From IMG/VR virus record IMGVR_UViG_3300021437_000002: a stretch of DNA of 64,000 nucleotides. The stretch is one strand, 5' to 3'. Shown piece by piece: positions 9,287 through 17,254 of the stretch (position 1 is the first letter of the stretch; every line of letters starts with the position of its first letter). The notes beneath the pieces were generated by a model. It had not been told where the DNA came from. It ran no database searches and saw only the letters and a list, made by a program, of their open reading frames with translations. Source of the stretch: a virus. The position numbers and the translations under genes are program-made.

Positions 9287-9426
9287 TTGACCGTCAACTT
9301 CTCCTGGAAGATATTGAAACATTTCCCGAAAATGAGCGGGGATTCTATGTGGAAATCCCATTGCAAAGCGTAGATTTTACAGAAGATTTTACCGTGAGCT
9401 GGATTCTGGGAGCAGTTGACGTATAG
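9283..9426 (+). CDS. small hypothetical protein
   Basis: 47 codons read by eye. ATGA overlap with the preceding gene. Confidence 0.3.
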   Translation: MIDRQLLLEDIETFPENERGFYVEIPLQSVDFTEDFTVSWILGAVDV

Positions 9427-9443
9427 TAACTGAAGCTCACAAT

Positions 9444-9737
9444 GTGCGGAAGCGAGGACTCTTCCCGTTTCTTGCGTATATCTTGCGCCACTATGCGGAA
9501 GAAGGTGACTTTCCATTGACTCTCACCATCGACGGCAAACTGATCCAACTGCACCCGGTTGTGGTGGCCATGATTGCCGTCTTGATCGAAAAGCAGGAGG
9601 GGATTTGGAGGCGCGGGACTGGGAGCGTCACGCTAGATTTTGCTCCGCAGGGTGTCGCGCTGAAGGTATACGATCCGCCCATTTTTACCGGATACAAAAA
9701 GACAACGGAGGCCAAGCGGCCTTCCCTCGACAATTAG
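9444..9737 (+). CDS. hypothetical protein
   Basis: 97-aa ORF with a GTG start. Confidence 0.35.
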   Translation: MRKRGLFPFLAYILRHYAEEGDFPLTLTIDGKLIQLHPVVVAMIAVLIEKQEGIWRRGTGSVTLDFAPQGVALKVYDPPIFTGYKKTTEAKRPSLDN

Positions 9738-9808
9738 CGCTTGACATCTCGCGATTCGAAGCCATACAATAACGGCTCAGTAAAAAATCGTTCGCGGATA
9801 CCTTTCTA

Positions 9809-9848
9809 AGCCCCGCTCGGGTTCACCCCCGGCCGGGGCTTTTTTTAT
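9809..9848 (+). terminator. rho-independent terminator
   Basis: AGCCCCG (9809-9815) pairs with CGGGGCT (9834-9840), followed by TTTTTTATTT. Confidence 0.7.
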
Positions 9849-9888
9849 TTATGCTCAGCCGAGCGCTGCGCACAGGAGACAAGGCGGA

Positions 9889-10689
9889 ATGCCAAAGCTC
9901 AAAGCCAAACTGACGAAAAACGAATATGACGCGCTCCCGGAAGCCAAGCGCGAAGATTACCGCCAAGAGGGCGAGGAGTGGTTTCTCGATGCTGAGGGCA
10001 TCGAGGACGTGAGCGGACTCAAATCGGCCCTGCGCAAACAGCAGGAAGAGAACAAGAAAATCAAAGACGAGCAGCGTGCACGGGCGGACCTCTACAAAGA
10101 CCTCGACCCCGAGAAAGCCCGTGAGGCGATGAAGAAACTCGAAGAGCTGGAAAACAAAAGCCTCATGGATGAGGGGAAATTTGAGGAGTTGTTCGCCAAG
10201 CGCACCGAGGCGATGAAGCGCGACCACGAAAACCAACTCACCGCCGTACAAAAATCACTCGACGGTGAGAAGCAGCGCAACGGCGTACTAGAAAGTCAAC
10301 TCTCTCGCACCCTCATCAATACCGAACTCGTCCGCAATGCCGGAGACCTCAAGATTAAATCCGAGTTTGTCGATCTCCTGCAGTTACGCGCTGAAAAAGA
10401 TTGGACCCTGGACGAGCACGGTAATCCGGTGTGGAAAGTCAACGGCGAGATCAAGTATGGCAAGGACGGGCAGCCGGCCACCATGCAGGAATATCTCGGA
10501 GAGATTGTCAAAAGTCGGCCGACGATGCTGGAGCCCAGCTCCGGCGGCGGTGCGAACGGCAGTGGGCCCCGCCTGAATGGCGGGGCCTTTGTGCTGAGCC
10601 GGGAAGAGGCCAAAGATCCGGCAAAATACCGGGCCGCGAAAGCGCAGGCCGAAAAAGTCGGTGCTTCGTTCCAGATTGCGCAAGAGTAG
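9889..10689 (+). CDS. capsid scaffolding protein
   Basis: 266 aa, very E/K-rich with a coiled-coil-like sequence. Lies immediately upstream of the major capsid gene. Confidence 0.7.
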   Translation: MPKLKAKLTKNEYDALPEAKREDYRQEGEEWFLDAEGIEDVSGLKSALRKQQEENKKIKDEQRARADLYKDLDPEKAREAMKKLEELENKSLMDEGKFEELFAKRTEAMKRDHENQLTAVQKSLDGEKQRNGVLESQLSRTLINTELVRNAGDLKIKSEFVDLLQLRAEKDWTLDEHGNPVWKVNGEIKYGKDGQPATMQEYLGEIVKSRPTMLEPSSGGGANGSGPRLNGGAFVLSREEAKDPAKYRAAKAQAEKVGASFQIAQE

Positions 10690-10788
10690 TTTTCTTTTCC
10701 CGCGTGCAGTGAGGCTGCGCGCATTCCCGTTCACTCCGTCCTCCTGTGAGGCAGGTGGATTTGACCACACCCATAGTGAGGACGAATC

Positions 10789-11925
10789 ATGGCCAACACG
10801 CTTGGCGTCTATGATCCAATTTTCTACGCACAGGAAGCGCTGATCTGGCTGGAGAAGGCGCTCGGCATGGCGGGCCGTGTACATCGGGGATATGATGAGA
10901 CCCCACAGGACAAAGGCTCGGTCATTCAGATCCGCCGACCGATGACGTTCACCGCCGCAGCGATGCCTGCCGCCAATACCGACCTTGCCCCGGATACCGT
11001 CTCGATCACGCTCAACCAATGGCAAGGCGTGGTCTTCTCCCTGACCGACAAAGAGCTGGCCCACACCAAAGAGATCATCATCCAAGAACACATCGTGCCA
11101 GCAGCCTATGCTGTGGCAGATGCGATCGACCAGACTCTGGTCCTTCTCTACAAAGATGTTCCCTGGTTTGTGGACAATGACGGCACCACGCCGATTAAGG
11201 ACTTCACCAACACATGGCAAGCCTTGTTCGATCATTTCGTGCCGCAGACTGACCTCCATTTCATGTTGAACGGCGCGCAGACCAACGTCTATCTGCAGCA
11301 GACGGCATTTAGCCAGTGGCAGGGCGCCGGTGATGTGGGCGTGAGCACGCAGCAGCGTGGCACGCTCGGCACCAAGTTTGGCATGGAAACGTTCTCCAAC
11401 CAGAACGTGCGCACCCACGCCACGACCGCGATCACCGCGATTACGCAACTACAATTGAACGCCAATGCTGCGAAGGGCGACACCACTGTTGTCCTCAAGG
11501 ACACTGACGCCGTGCTGGCCGGGACCATTGCCAAGGGTGACACCTTTGTCATTGCCGGCTCGACCCAGCGGTTTGCGGCTACGGCTGACGCCACGGCGGC
11601 CTCCAATCTGATTACCGTGGCCATCACGCCGGCGCTTGATATTGCCCATCTGGCCAACGACAACGTGACGTTGCGGCAAGCCAACGGCAAGGCAGAAAAT
11701 CTGGCTTTTCACCGTGGCGCATTCGCCTTGGCGATGGCACCACTGTCCGATCTCGGCAATCAGCTCGGAGCGAAGATCGCCGCGGTCAGTGATCCAGTGA
11801 CAAATCTCAGTATCCGCTCGCGCATGTGGTACGACGGCACCAATGCGAAAGTCTATGTCGGTTTGGATGCGCTGTGGGGAGTGAAGACCCTCAACTCAAA
11901 CCTCGCCGTGCGGATGAATTCATAA
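10789..11925 (+). CDS. major capsid protein
   Basis: 378 aa directly after the scaffold gene. The N-terminal ANTLGVYDPIFYAQEALIWLEKAL resembles P22-coat/HK97-fold capsid proteins. Confidence 0.8.
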   Translation: MANTLGVYDPIFYAQEALIWLEKALGMAGRVHRGYDETPQDKGSVIQIRRPMTFTAAAMPAANTDLAPDTVSITLNQWQGVVFSLTDKELAHTKEIIIQEHIVPAAYAVADAIDQTLVLLYKDVPWFVDNDGTTPIKDFTNTWQALFDHFVPQTDLHFMLNGAQTNVYLQQTAFSQWQGAGDVGVSTQQRGTLGTKFGMETFSNQNVRTHATTAITAITQLQLNANAAKGDTTVVLKDTDAVLAGTIAKGDTFVIAGSTQRFAATADATAASNLITVAITPALDIAHLANDNVTLRQANGKAENLAFHRGAFALAMAPLSDLGNQLGAKIAAVSDPVTNLSIRSRMWYDGTNAKVYVGLDALWGVKTLNSNLAVRMNS

Positions 11926-11934
11926 GAGTTCGCC

Positions 11935-12252
11935 ATGGCCGAACTTGCTACGATGACGGTGCGGCTGCGCTATAGTCCCAGCCGCGCCCTTGCCAACATC
12001 AACGCGCTCGACTTCGATCCGGCGCTGCATCAGCGCATGGATGAGGGTGAGCAGGAGGAAAACCATGAAGAGCGGCAAAGCAATGAGCCCAGCACCGGAA
12101 CCGGCGATGAAGAACGCGGCCCGCAAAGCAAAGGTGAGCCCCCCGCCGGTGGCGACGGGCAAGCCGAAAGTCCTCATGCCCTCGGGTCAAAGAATGTCCG
12201 GGTCGATGAAAGGGTACTAGCCACGCCACATCCACGGGGACGGAGGCACTAA
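11935..12252 (+). CDS. hypothetical protein (uncertain; competes with 12065..12220)
   Basis: 105-aa ORF. The first third looks coding, and the remainder overlaps a better-initiated ORF in another frame. Confidence 0.3.
   Translation: MAELATMTVRLRYSPSRALANINALDFDPALHQRMDEGEQEENHEERQSNEPSTGTGDEERGPQSKGEPPAGGDGQAESPHALGSKNVRVDERVLATPHPRGRRH
12065..12220 (+). CDS. small basic protein (alternative frame)
   Basis: AGGAGG lies 7 nt before the ATG. 51 aa, K/P-rich, with GC-rich third codon positions. Confidence 0.35.
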   Translation: MKSGKAMSPAPEPAMKNAARKAKVSPPPVATGKPKVLMPSGQRMSGSMKGY

Positions 12253-12347
12253 TGGCAAGCGCAAAACAACTGGCCAACCGCAAGCGATTCGCCGCGATGG
12301 TCAGGAAGAAAGCTGGCCGGAAAAAGGCCAGCCAAAAGAAAAAGTAA
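12252..12347 (+). CDS. small highly basic protein
   Basis: 31 aa: MASAKQLANRKRFAAMVRKKAGRKKASQKKK. Confidence 0.4.
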   Translation: MASAKQLANRKRFAAMVRKKAGRKKASQKKK

Positions 12348-12348
12348 C

Positions 12349-12555
12349 ATGACCGTCAAGAGAAAAAAGCCGTCGCTTGGAAGCGGGAAACGGTTTGCGG
12401 CGCTCACCAGGAAGTTCGCGGCACGGAAGGGCAAACGGAAGGTGAGCAACCCGGGTGCGTTGGCGGCATTTTTGGGTAGGAAAAAGCTAGGAGCAGCGCG
12501 GTTTCAGAAGTTGGCGACCGCCGGCAGAAAGCGCGCCGCACGAAAGCGAAAGTAA
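12349..12555 (+). CDS. small highly basic protein
   Basis: 68 aa, with about one third K/R. Confidence 0.5.
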   Translation: MTVKRKKPSLGSGKRFAALTRKFAARKGKRKVSNPGALAAFLGRKKLGAARFQKLATAGRKRAARKRK

Positions 12556-13077
12556 ATGCCTCTGGTCCTCATCCGCGAAGACGGCTCAGCCCGTATAGAC
12601 GCCAACAGCTATTGCACGGTGGCGGAGGGTGACACCTACAACCAGAGCGTGCTCTACGCCGATGCCTGGCTGAACGCGAGCACGAACGACAAGACCATCG
12701 CGCTGGTGCAGGCGACCCGGCTGCTTGATGAGATGGTGAACTGGATGGGCTGGCCGATCACGACGACGCAGGCGCTGCGCTGGCCGCGGGTGTGGGTATG
12801 GAAACGAGACCGCCTCTTTTATGAAGCCTCAGATAGTTTGCCAGTCTGGCTGGTCCAGGCAACGGCGGAATTCGCTCGCAACCTGCTGGCATCCGACCGC
12901 TTCGCGGATAGTGCGCCGGTCGGGTTCACGTCCGTTTCCGTGCCCGGGATGAGTGCCACCGTCGAACGGGCCAATCTGCCGCGTGTCCTGCCAGTGAGCG
13001 TCCAGATCCTGGTTGGTCCCTATGGGCAGGTCAATCAGCCGGGCAGCATTAGCAGTGCGCGACTGGAGCGGATGTAG
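12556..13077 (+). CDS. head-tail adaptor/connector protein
   Basis: 173 aa. N-terminal ...DANSYCTVAEGDTYNQ...ALVQATRLLD is typical of gp6-like connector proteins, and the position fits. Confidence 0.65.
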   Translation: MPLVLIREDGSARIDANSYCTVAEGDTYNQSVLYADAWLNASTNDKTIALVQATRLLDEMVNWMGWPITTTQALRWPRVWVWKRDRLFYEASDSLPVWLVQATAEFARNLLASDRFADSAPVGFTSVSVPGMSATVERANLPRVLPVSVQILVGPYGQVNQPGSISSARLERM

Positions 13078-13078
13078 C

Positions 13079-13441
13079 ATGCGCAGTCAGGTACAAACCC
13101 TCCTGTCTCGCGCGCTGGCGACCTTCGGCGATGCACGGGAGGACGTGACCTACCAGGGCAGTGGTGGCACGTATGATCCGCTCACAGAGACCACGATGGA
13201 GGCACCCGGTGCGCTGTCACTGGAAAATGTCCTCTTCACTGATTTTCGTGTGGACCAGATTGATAACGTCACTGTGCTGTCGAAGGACAAGCAGGTGATC
13301 GTGGCTGGGCTCGGTCTCGACCCGAGCGTCTTCGTGATTGAGGGGACGTTCACGCGCAGCAACGGCGAAGTGTGGCGGATTATCAATCTCAGACTCGACC
13401 CTGCCGGGGCAATCTTTCTTTTGCACGTGAGGCAAGCATGA
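13079..13441 (+). CDS. neck/head-closure protein (hypothetical)
   Basis: ATG at 13079 inside ORF 13013..13441. Sits in the neck gene position. Confidence 0.5.
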   Translation: MRSQVQTLLSRALATFGDAREDVTYQGSGGTYDPLTETTMEAPGALSLENVLFTDFRVDQIDNVTVLSKDKQVIVAGLGLDPSVFVIEGTFTRSNGEVWRIINLRLDPAGAIFLLHVRQA

Positions 13442-14118
13442 CGACACCAAACCCGATCTTTCTGCAGAACCTGTTTCCCGGCGAGGTGGATGCCAATAGT
13501 TTTGCCTCTCTGAAAGAGGCGCTGACGTCTACGGGACAGAGCATGACCTTTGTCATTTCTTCGCCACTGGATGTGAGCACGGCAGAGGTCGATGCCGTCG
13601 TGATGACCGCCACACAGGCGTTGCGGTTTGTCGGTCGTGGCAGTCTCGTCTTTACCCCCACCCAGACGCTGGATATCAACCAGATCGAAGCGGCGCCCAT
13701 CCGGTGCCTCTTTGAAAACTGCCTGCCTGCCCAGGTGACATTCTCCAGTTTTCTCCGTGAAGGCCATGCCTATCTCGAATGGTTCGGGATTGATCCTGAC
13801 ATGGTGGCTGGGGACTTTGTGCTCTCGGCTGGCTGGGGTACGACGGCTGCCGTCTCCGCGATTACCGGTACCTGCATGCAGATGGGGTTTACCGTGACCT
13901 CGACAGGGACCGGGCAAGACACGAGTACGATCATCACCATAATGTTTAAGCGTGGCTTCTGGAATCTTGATCCTATCGCCCTCGTCGTCATGAACGGTGG
14001 CACTGGCACGCAACGCGCCCCAACGTGGACGGTCGATAAGACCTCCCTGGTCATTACCTACGGCGGCCTGGCGGTCGCGGCGGCTACCTACAAATTCAGT
14101 GTGCTGCTGATGAACTGA
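13438..14118 (+). CDS. hypothetical structural protein
   Basis: ATG at 13438 (ATGA overlap). 226 aa. Confidence 0.5.
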   Translation: MTTPNPIFLQNLFPGEVDANSFASLKEALTSTGQSMTFVISSPLDVSTAEVDAVVMTATQALRFVGRGSLVFTPTQTLDINQIEAAPIRCLFENCLPAQVTFSSFLREGHAYLEWFGIDPDMVAGDFVLSAGWGTTAAVSAITGTCMQMGFTVTSTGTGQDTSTIITIMFKRGFWNLDPIALVVMNGGTGTQRAPTWTVDKTSLVITYGGLAVAAATYKFSVLLMN

Positions 14119-14119
14119 C

Positions 14120-14572
14120 ATGGCAGAGAACGAGCAACACCTCATTCAGTTCACCGCCGATCTGGAGGCATTTGCCAAGCAGATCGGCGTGGAGCTTGGC
14201 ACGGTGGTCAAAAAAACGACCCTCGATCTCTTAGGGAAGATCGTCGCACGCACTCCTGTGAAGACAGGTCGCGCGCGCGGCAGTTGGATTGTCTCTCTTG
14301 ATACCTCGTCAGAGACAAGTCTGCCCCCCGGTGATTACCCCGCCTATCACGAGTCGAGCAGCGCCGCCAACGCGGCGGTGAGTGTCGCAACGCCGGAACT
14401 CGATGTGCTCACCGCACCAGGCGGGAATCCATACCGCACCGTGTGGATCTCGAATAATTTGCCCTATATCCAGCCCTTAAACGATGGTCACAGCACGCAA
14501 GCACCAGCGGGCTACGTCGAGATGACCGTGGCCGAAGTTGAGGCGGACATTCAGGGAACGAGCGTGATCTGA
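14120..14572 (+). CDS. HK97 gp10-like tail completion/neck protein
   Basis: Contains ARTPVKTGRARGSW...NNLPYIQPLNDGHS, typical of the HK97 gp10 family. Confidence 0.7.
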   Translation: MAENEQHLIQFTADLEAFAKQIGVELGTVVKKTTLDLLGKIVARTPVKTGRARGSWIVSLDTSSETSLPPGDYPAYHESSSAANAAVSVATPELDVLTAPGGNPYRTVWISNNLPYIQPLNDGHSTQAPAGYVEMTVAEVEADIQGTSVI

Positions 14573-15000
14573 TGGGTGACTTTCTCGACGAACGCACCGC
14601 CTTCATCTCACGCTTTCAGACCGCGTGGGGCACGACCACGCCGGTGCGCTGGGAGAACGCCCCGTGGGTGCAGCCGGTCGCGGTTCCCTGGGTGGCCTTC
14701 TTTCTCCGCTCCGGTGCCGGGCAACAAGCCTCGATCAATACCCGCCCGCTGCACCGCTTTGCAGGTGTGGTCATGGTGCAAGTGTTTGTCCCGGAGGAGA
14801 CGGGAGAAGTGCGCGCGCACACCCTGGCCGATCAGATCGCGGCCGTGTTTCGCACGTCTGATGGTCACGGCGCGCAATTCACAGCCGGCACCCAGGGTCA
14901 GATTACCTGCCGCACTCCCTATGCGGAGACAGTCCCAGCGCGCGATGGCTGGTTTCAGATGAACGTGGTCGTGCCCTATATCCGGGAGAAGGTGTATTAG
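14572..15000 (+). CDS. tail terminator-like protein
   Basis: 142 aa, directly upstream of the major tail gene. The sequence resembles DUF4128/gpU-like terminators. Confidence 0.6.
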   Translation: MGDFLDERTAFISRFQTAWGTTTPVRWENAPWVQPVAVPWVAFFLRSGAGQQASINTRPLHRFAGVVMVQVFVPEETGEVRAHTLADQIAAVFRTSDGHGAQFTAGTQGQITCRTPYAETVPARDGWFQMNVVVPYIREKVY

Positions 15001-15003
15001 CCC

Positions 15004-15183
15004 GTGGAACCGCAACGCCCAGACGTGCTGCGGACGCTCACAGAGCTACCGCTCAAGGTCAAGGTGGCTCCCGGAGAACCGGCGCGGTGTGTCTGCAACC
15101 GGATGCTGGCGCAACCGAATGCAGAGGGAAAGATCGCCGGACGATTTGTGTGTCACCGCTGTAAACGGGTGATCGAGGTGTAA
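15004..15183 (+). CDS. small zinc-ribbon protein (Com-like?)
   Basis: GTG start, 59 aa. Contains CVCNRML...GRFVCHRCKRVIEV, a CxC...CxxC pattern. Not in the ORF track because it is under 60 aa. Confidence 0.35.
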   Translation: MEPQRPDVLRTLTELPLKVKVAPGEPARCVCNRMLAQPNAEGKIAGRFVCHRCKRVIEV

Positions 15184-15252
15184 GCAGAGTCCCAGTCCTA
15201 TTTTACTTTCTCATCGTGCTCCAGCGTGGGCCAGAGGTAGAGGAGATCGACA

Positions 15253-16434
15253 ATGGCCAATGCTGACAGCAACCGCGTGAGGTGGGTGTACAAGCCCGAG
15301 GTCACATGGGGTGAGACGCCCGTCGCCGGCACCTACACAGAGATTCGCACCACCGGCGCGGATTTCAACCACGTCATGACAACAGCGGCCAGCGCCGAAG
15401 TGCGCTCTGACCGTCAAGTGCCCGATCTGGTGGAGATTGGCGGGAGCGCCGTCGGCTCGCTGCCTTTCGAGCTGAGCGAGACGGAGTATGATCCGTTCAT
15501 GGCGGCCATCCTGGGCACGACGTTCACCGTCACGACCATGACGGCCGCCAACCTGCAAGCGATTGCCGCTTCAAGCACCATCGTGCGGGCGACGGGATCG
15601 TTCCTCACAGACGGATTTGTCGTCGGTCAGTGGGTCAAGACCACCGGGTTCACCGCTGCTGCGAACAACGGAATCTTTTTGATTACGGCGCTCACCGCCA
15701 CCATTATGACGGTCTTTCCGACCGCCACCTTGGTGGACGAAGTCTCTACCGCTGGACGCAGCATCAGTGGCAAATTTGCCCGCAACGGCACGACACCCGT
15801 CTCCTATGTCTTTGAGGAACAAGACCTCGACCTCAACATCTACAACTTCTTCAACGGGATGCGTGTCAGCCAGATGGATCTCAGTTTCGCCACGCAGGCC
15901 ATACTCACCGGCACTTTCGCGCTGATGGGCAAGGGGGGAAGCGTCTCCGGTGCCTCGCCGCTGGGCACGACCGTCACGCCGGCGCAAACCGGCTCTGTCA
16001 TGAACGCCACTGCCAATGTGGGCACGATCTATGAAGGCACAATCGTCCCTCCCTCCACTGTACCGGCGGTGCTGACGACGGCCCTCAAGAGTGTGGCGCT
16101 GACGGTGACCGGCAATCTGCGCAACCAGCCAGCCATTGCCAATAAGTCTGGCGTTGGCATTGGGTACGGCTCGCTGGGTATCACCGGCACGCTCGTCGCC
16201 TATTTCGACTCGATCACGCTGCGCAACAAGTTCTTCAGCCACGTCGTCAGCGGGCTCTCGCTGCGCGTCACCAGCGTGACGCCGAAAACGTACATCTTTA
16301 CATTGCCGAAGCTCTATTTTTCCGATGGCAACAAGCAGCAGGTGACGATTAACAACGACCTGCTCATCTCGCTGCCGTTTACGGCGGTGCGCGAACCGAC
16401 GCAGAATTTCACGATGCAGATTGACATTCTCTAA
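15253..16434 (+). CDS. major tail (tube) protein
   Basis: 393 aa with GGAG upstream. Sits immediately before the chaperone and tape measure genes. Confidence 0.7.
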   Translation: MANADSNRVRWVYKPEVTWGETPVAGTYTEIRTTGADFNHVMTTAASAEVRSDRQVPDLVEIGGSAVGSLPFELSETEYDPFMAAILGTTFTVTTMTAANLQAIAASSTIVRATGSFLTDGFVVGQWVKTTGFTAAANNGIFLITALTATIMTVFPTATLVDEVSTAGRSISGKFARNGTTPVSYVFEEQDLDLNIYNFFNGMRVSQMDLSFATQAILTGTFALMGKGGSVSGASPLGTTVTPAQTGSVMNATANVGTIYEGTIVPPSTVPAVLTTALKSVALTVTGNLRNQPAIANKSGVGIGYGSLGITGTLVAYFDSITLRNKFFSHVVSGLSLRVTSVTPKTYIFTLPKLYFSDGNKQQVTINNDLLISLPFTAVREPTQNFTMQIDIL

Positions 16435-16475
16435 TCCCACAACCAGTGTCCGTGGTCCACAGGAGGCCCATGACC

Positions 16476-16904
16476 ATGAATCTAGGCAAAACCGATAGTC
16501 TCGCCGAGCAGGAGGGCGTATGGATCGATTATTCGTACCGCGTGCCCGGCGTCAAACTCAAGATCGCCCGCGATGGCAACCCGCGTCACAAAGAGTGGCT
16601 AGAGAAAGAACTGCGGCCTTTCTTCCGTCAGTTTCGCGATGGCTATATCCCCGCCTCGATTCGCGACCCCATCGCACTGCGGGCATTGGCAAAATATATC
16701 CTGCTCGATTGGCAGGGGGTGACGACGGACGACGACCCGCCGACGGCGGTTCCTTACAGCGAAACGGCAGCGTATGCCGCGCTGAAGGAATCGACCGATT
16801 TCCGCAACGATGTGGAATTTCACTCGTTGCAGGCGGCGAACTACAAGCGCGAGCAGGACGAGGTCGAGCACGAAAATTTGTCCAGTACCTCGGCTGGTTC
16901 CTGA
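16476..16904 (+). CDS. tail assembly chaperone (G-like)
   Basis: AGGAGG lies 9 nt before the ATG at 16476. Sits between the major tail and tape measure genes. Confidence 0.7.
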   Translation: MNLGKTDSLAEQEGVWIDYSYRVPGVKLKIARDGNPRHKEWLEKELRPFFRQFRDGYIPASIRDPIALRALAKYILLDWQGVTTDDDPPTAVPYSETAAYAALKESTDFRNDVEFHSLQAANYKREQDEVEHENLSSTSAGS

Positions 16905-17254
16905 AGCACGGCACGACGAGTGACCGCACGCCGGCTAATGCCGAGTGGTTTGCGGCGCTGGCGCAGGAGCGCGACCCATTTACGGGCAAACCCGTGCTCA
17001 AGGAAATTCCGGCTGAAGTGCTGGACCCTGAGTTAGCGCCGCACCTGCTGCCGGTGTGGAATGCATTCGCGTTCCTCTCGCCATCACGGCCAATGGGGAT
17101 GGAGGTGGGCGCGATCCCACTCACCGAGATCCTGGCCTATCTCGATGAGCACGAGGTCAGGGGGGAATGGCGGGCCGATATGGTGGCGCTCATTCGCGAT
17201 CTCGATAACGCCTTCCGGGAGCACTGCCGCGCGCAGAGCGAGAAGAAGAAATAG
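16476..17254 (+). CDS. tail assembly chaperone -1 frameshift product (GT-like)
   Basis: The -1 frame stays open from the slippery site to 17254, reading KFVQYLGWFLKHGTTSDRT.... Its stop overlaps the tape measure start. Confidence 0.6.
16874..16880 (+). promoter_or_regulatory. programmed -1 ribosomal frameshift slippery heptamer A_AAT_TTG
   Basis: Zero-frame codons GAA AAT TTG fit the X_XXY_YYZ pattern, about 25 nt before the G stop codon. Confidence 0.6.

Noticed and set aside
10384-11448. 354-aa minus-strand ORF overlapping the scaffold and major capsid genes
   Set aside because: It is antisense to two strongly supported structural genes. The translation is Arg/Gly/His-rich and low-complexity, which is typical of a GC-rich antisense artefact.
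13150-14145. 331-aa minus-strand ORF across the neck genes
   Set aside because: It is antisense to a tightly coupled series of plus-strand genes with overlapping stops and starts. It has no motif and an Arg-rich composition.
15571-16440. 289-aa minus-strand ORF inside the major tail protein gene
   Set aside because: It is antisense to a well-initiated structural gene, and the translation is Arg/Gly-rich and implausible.
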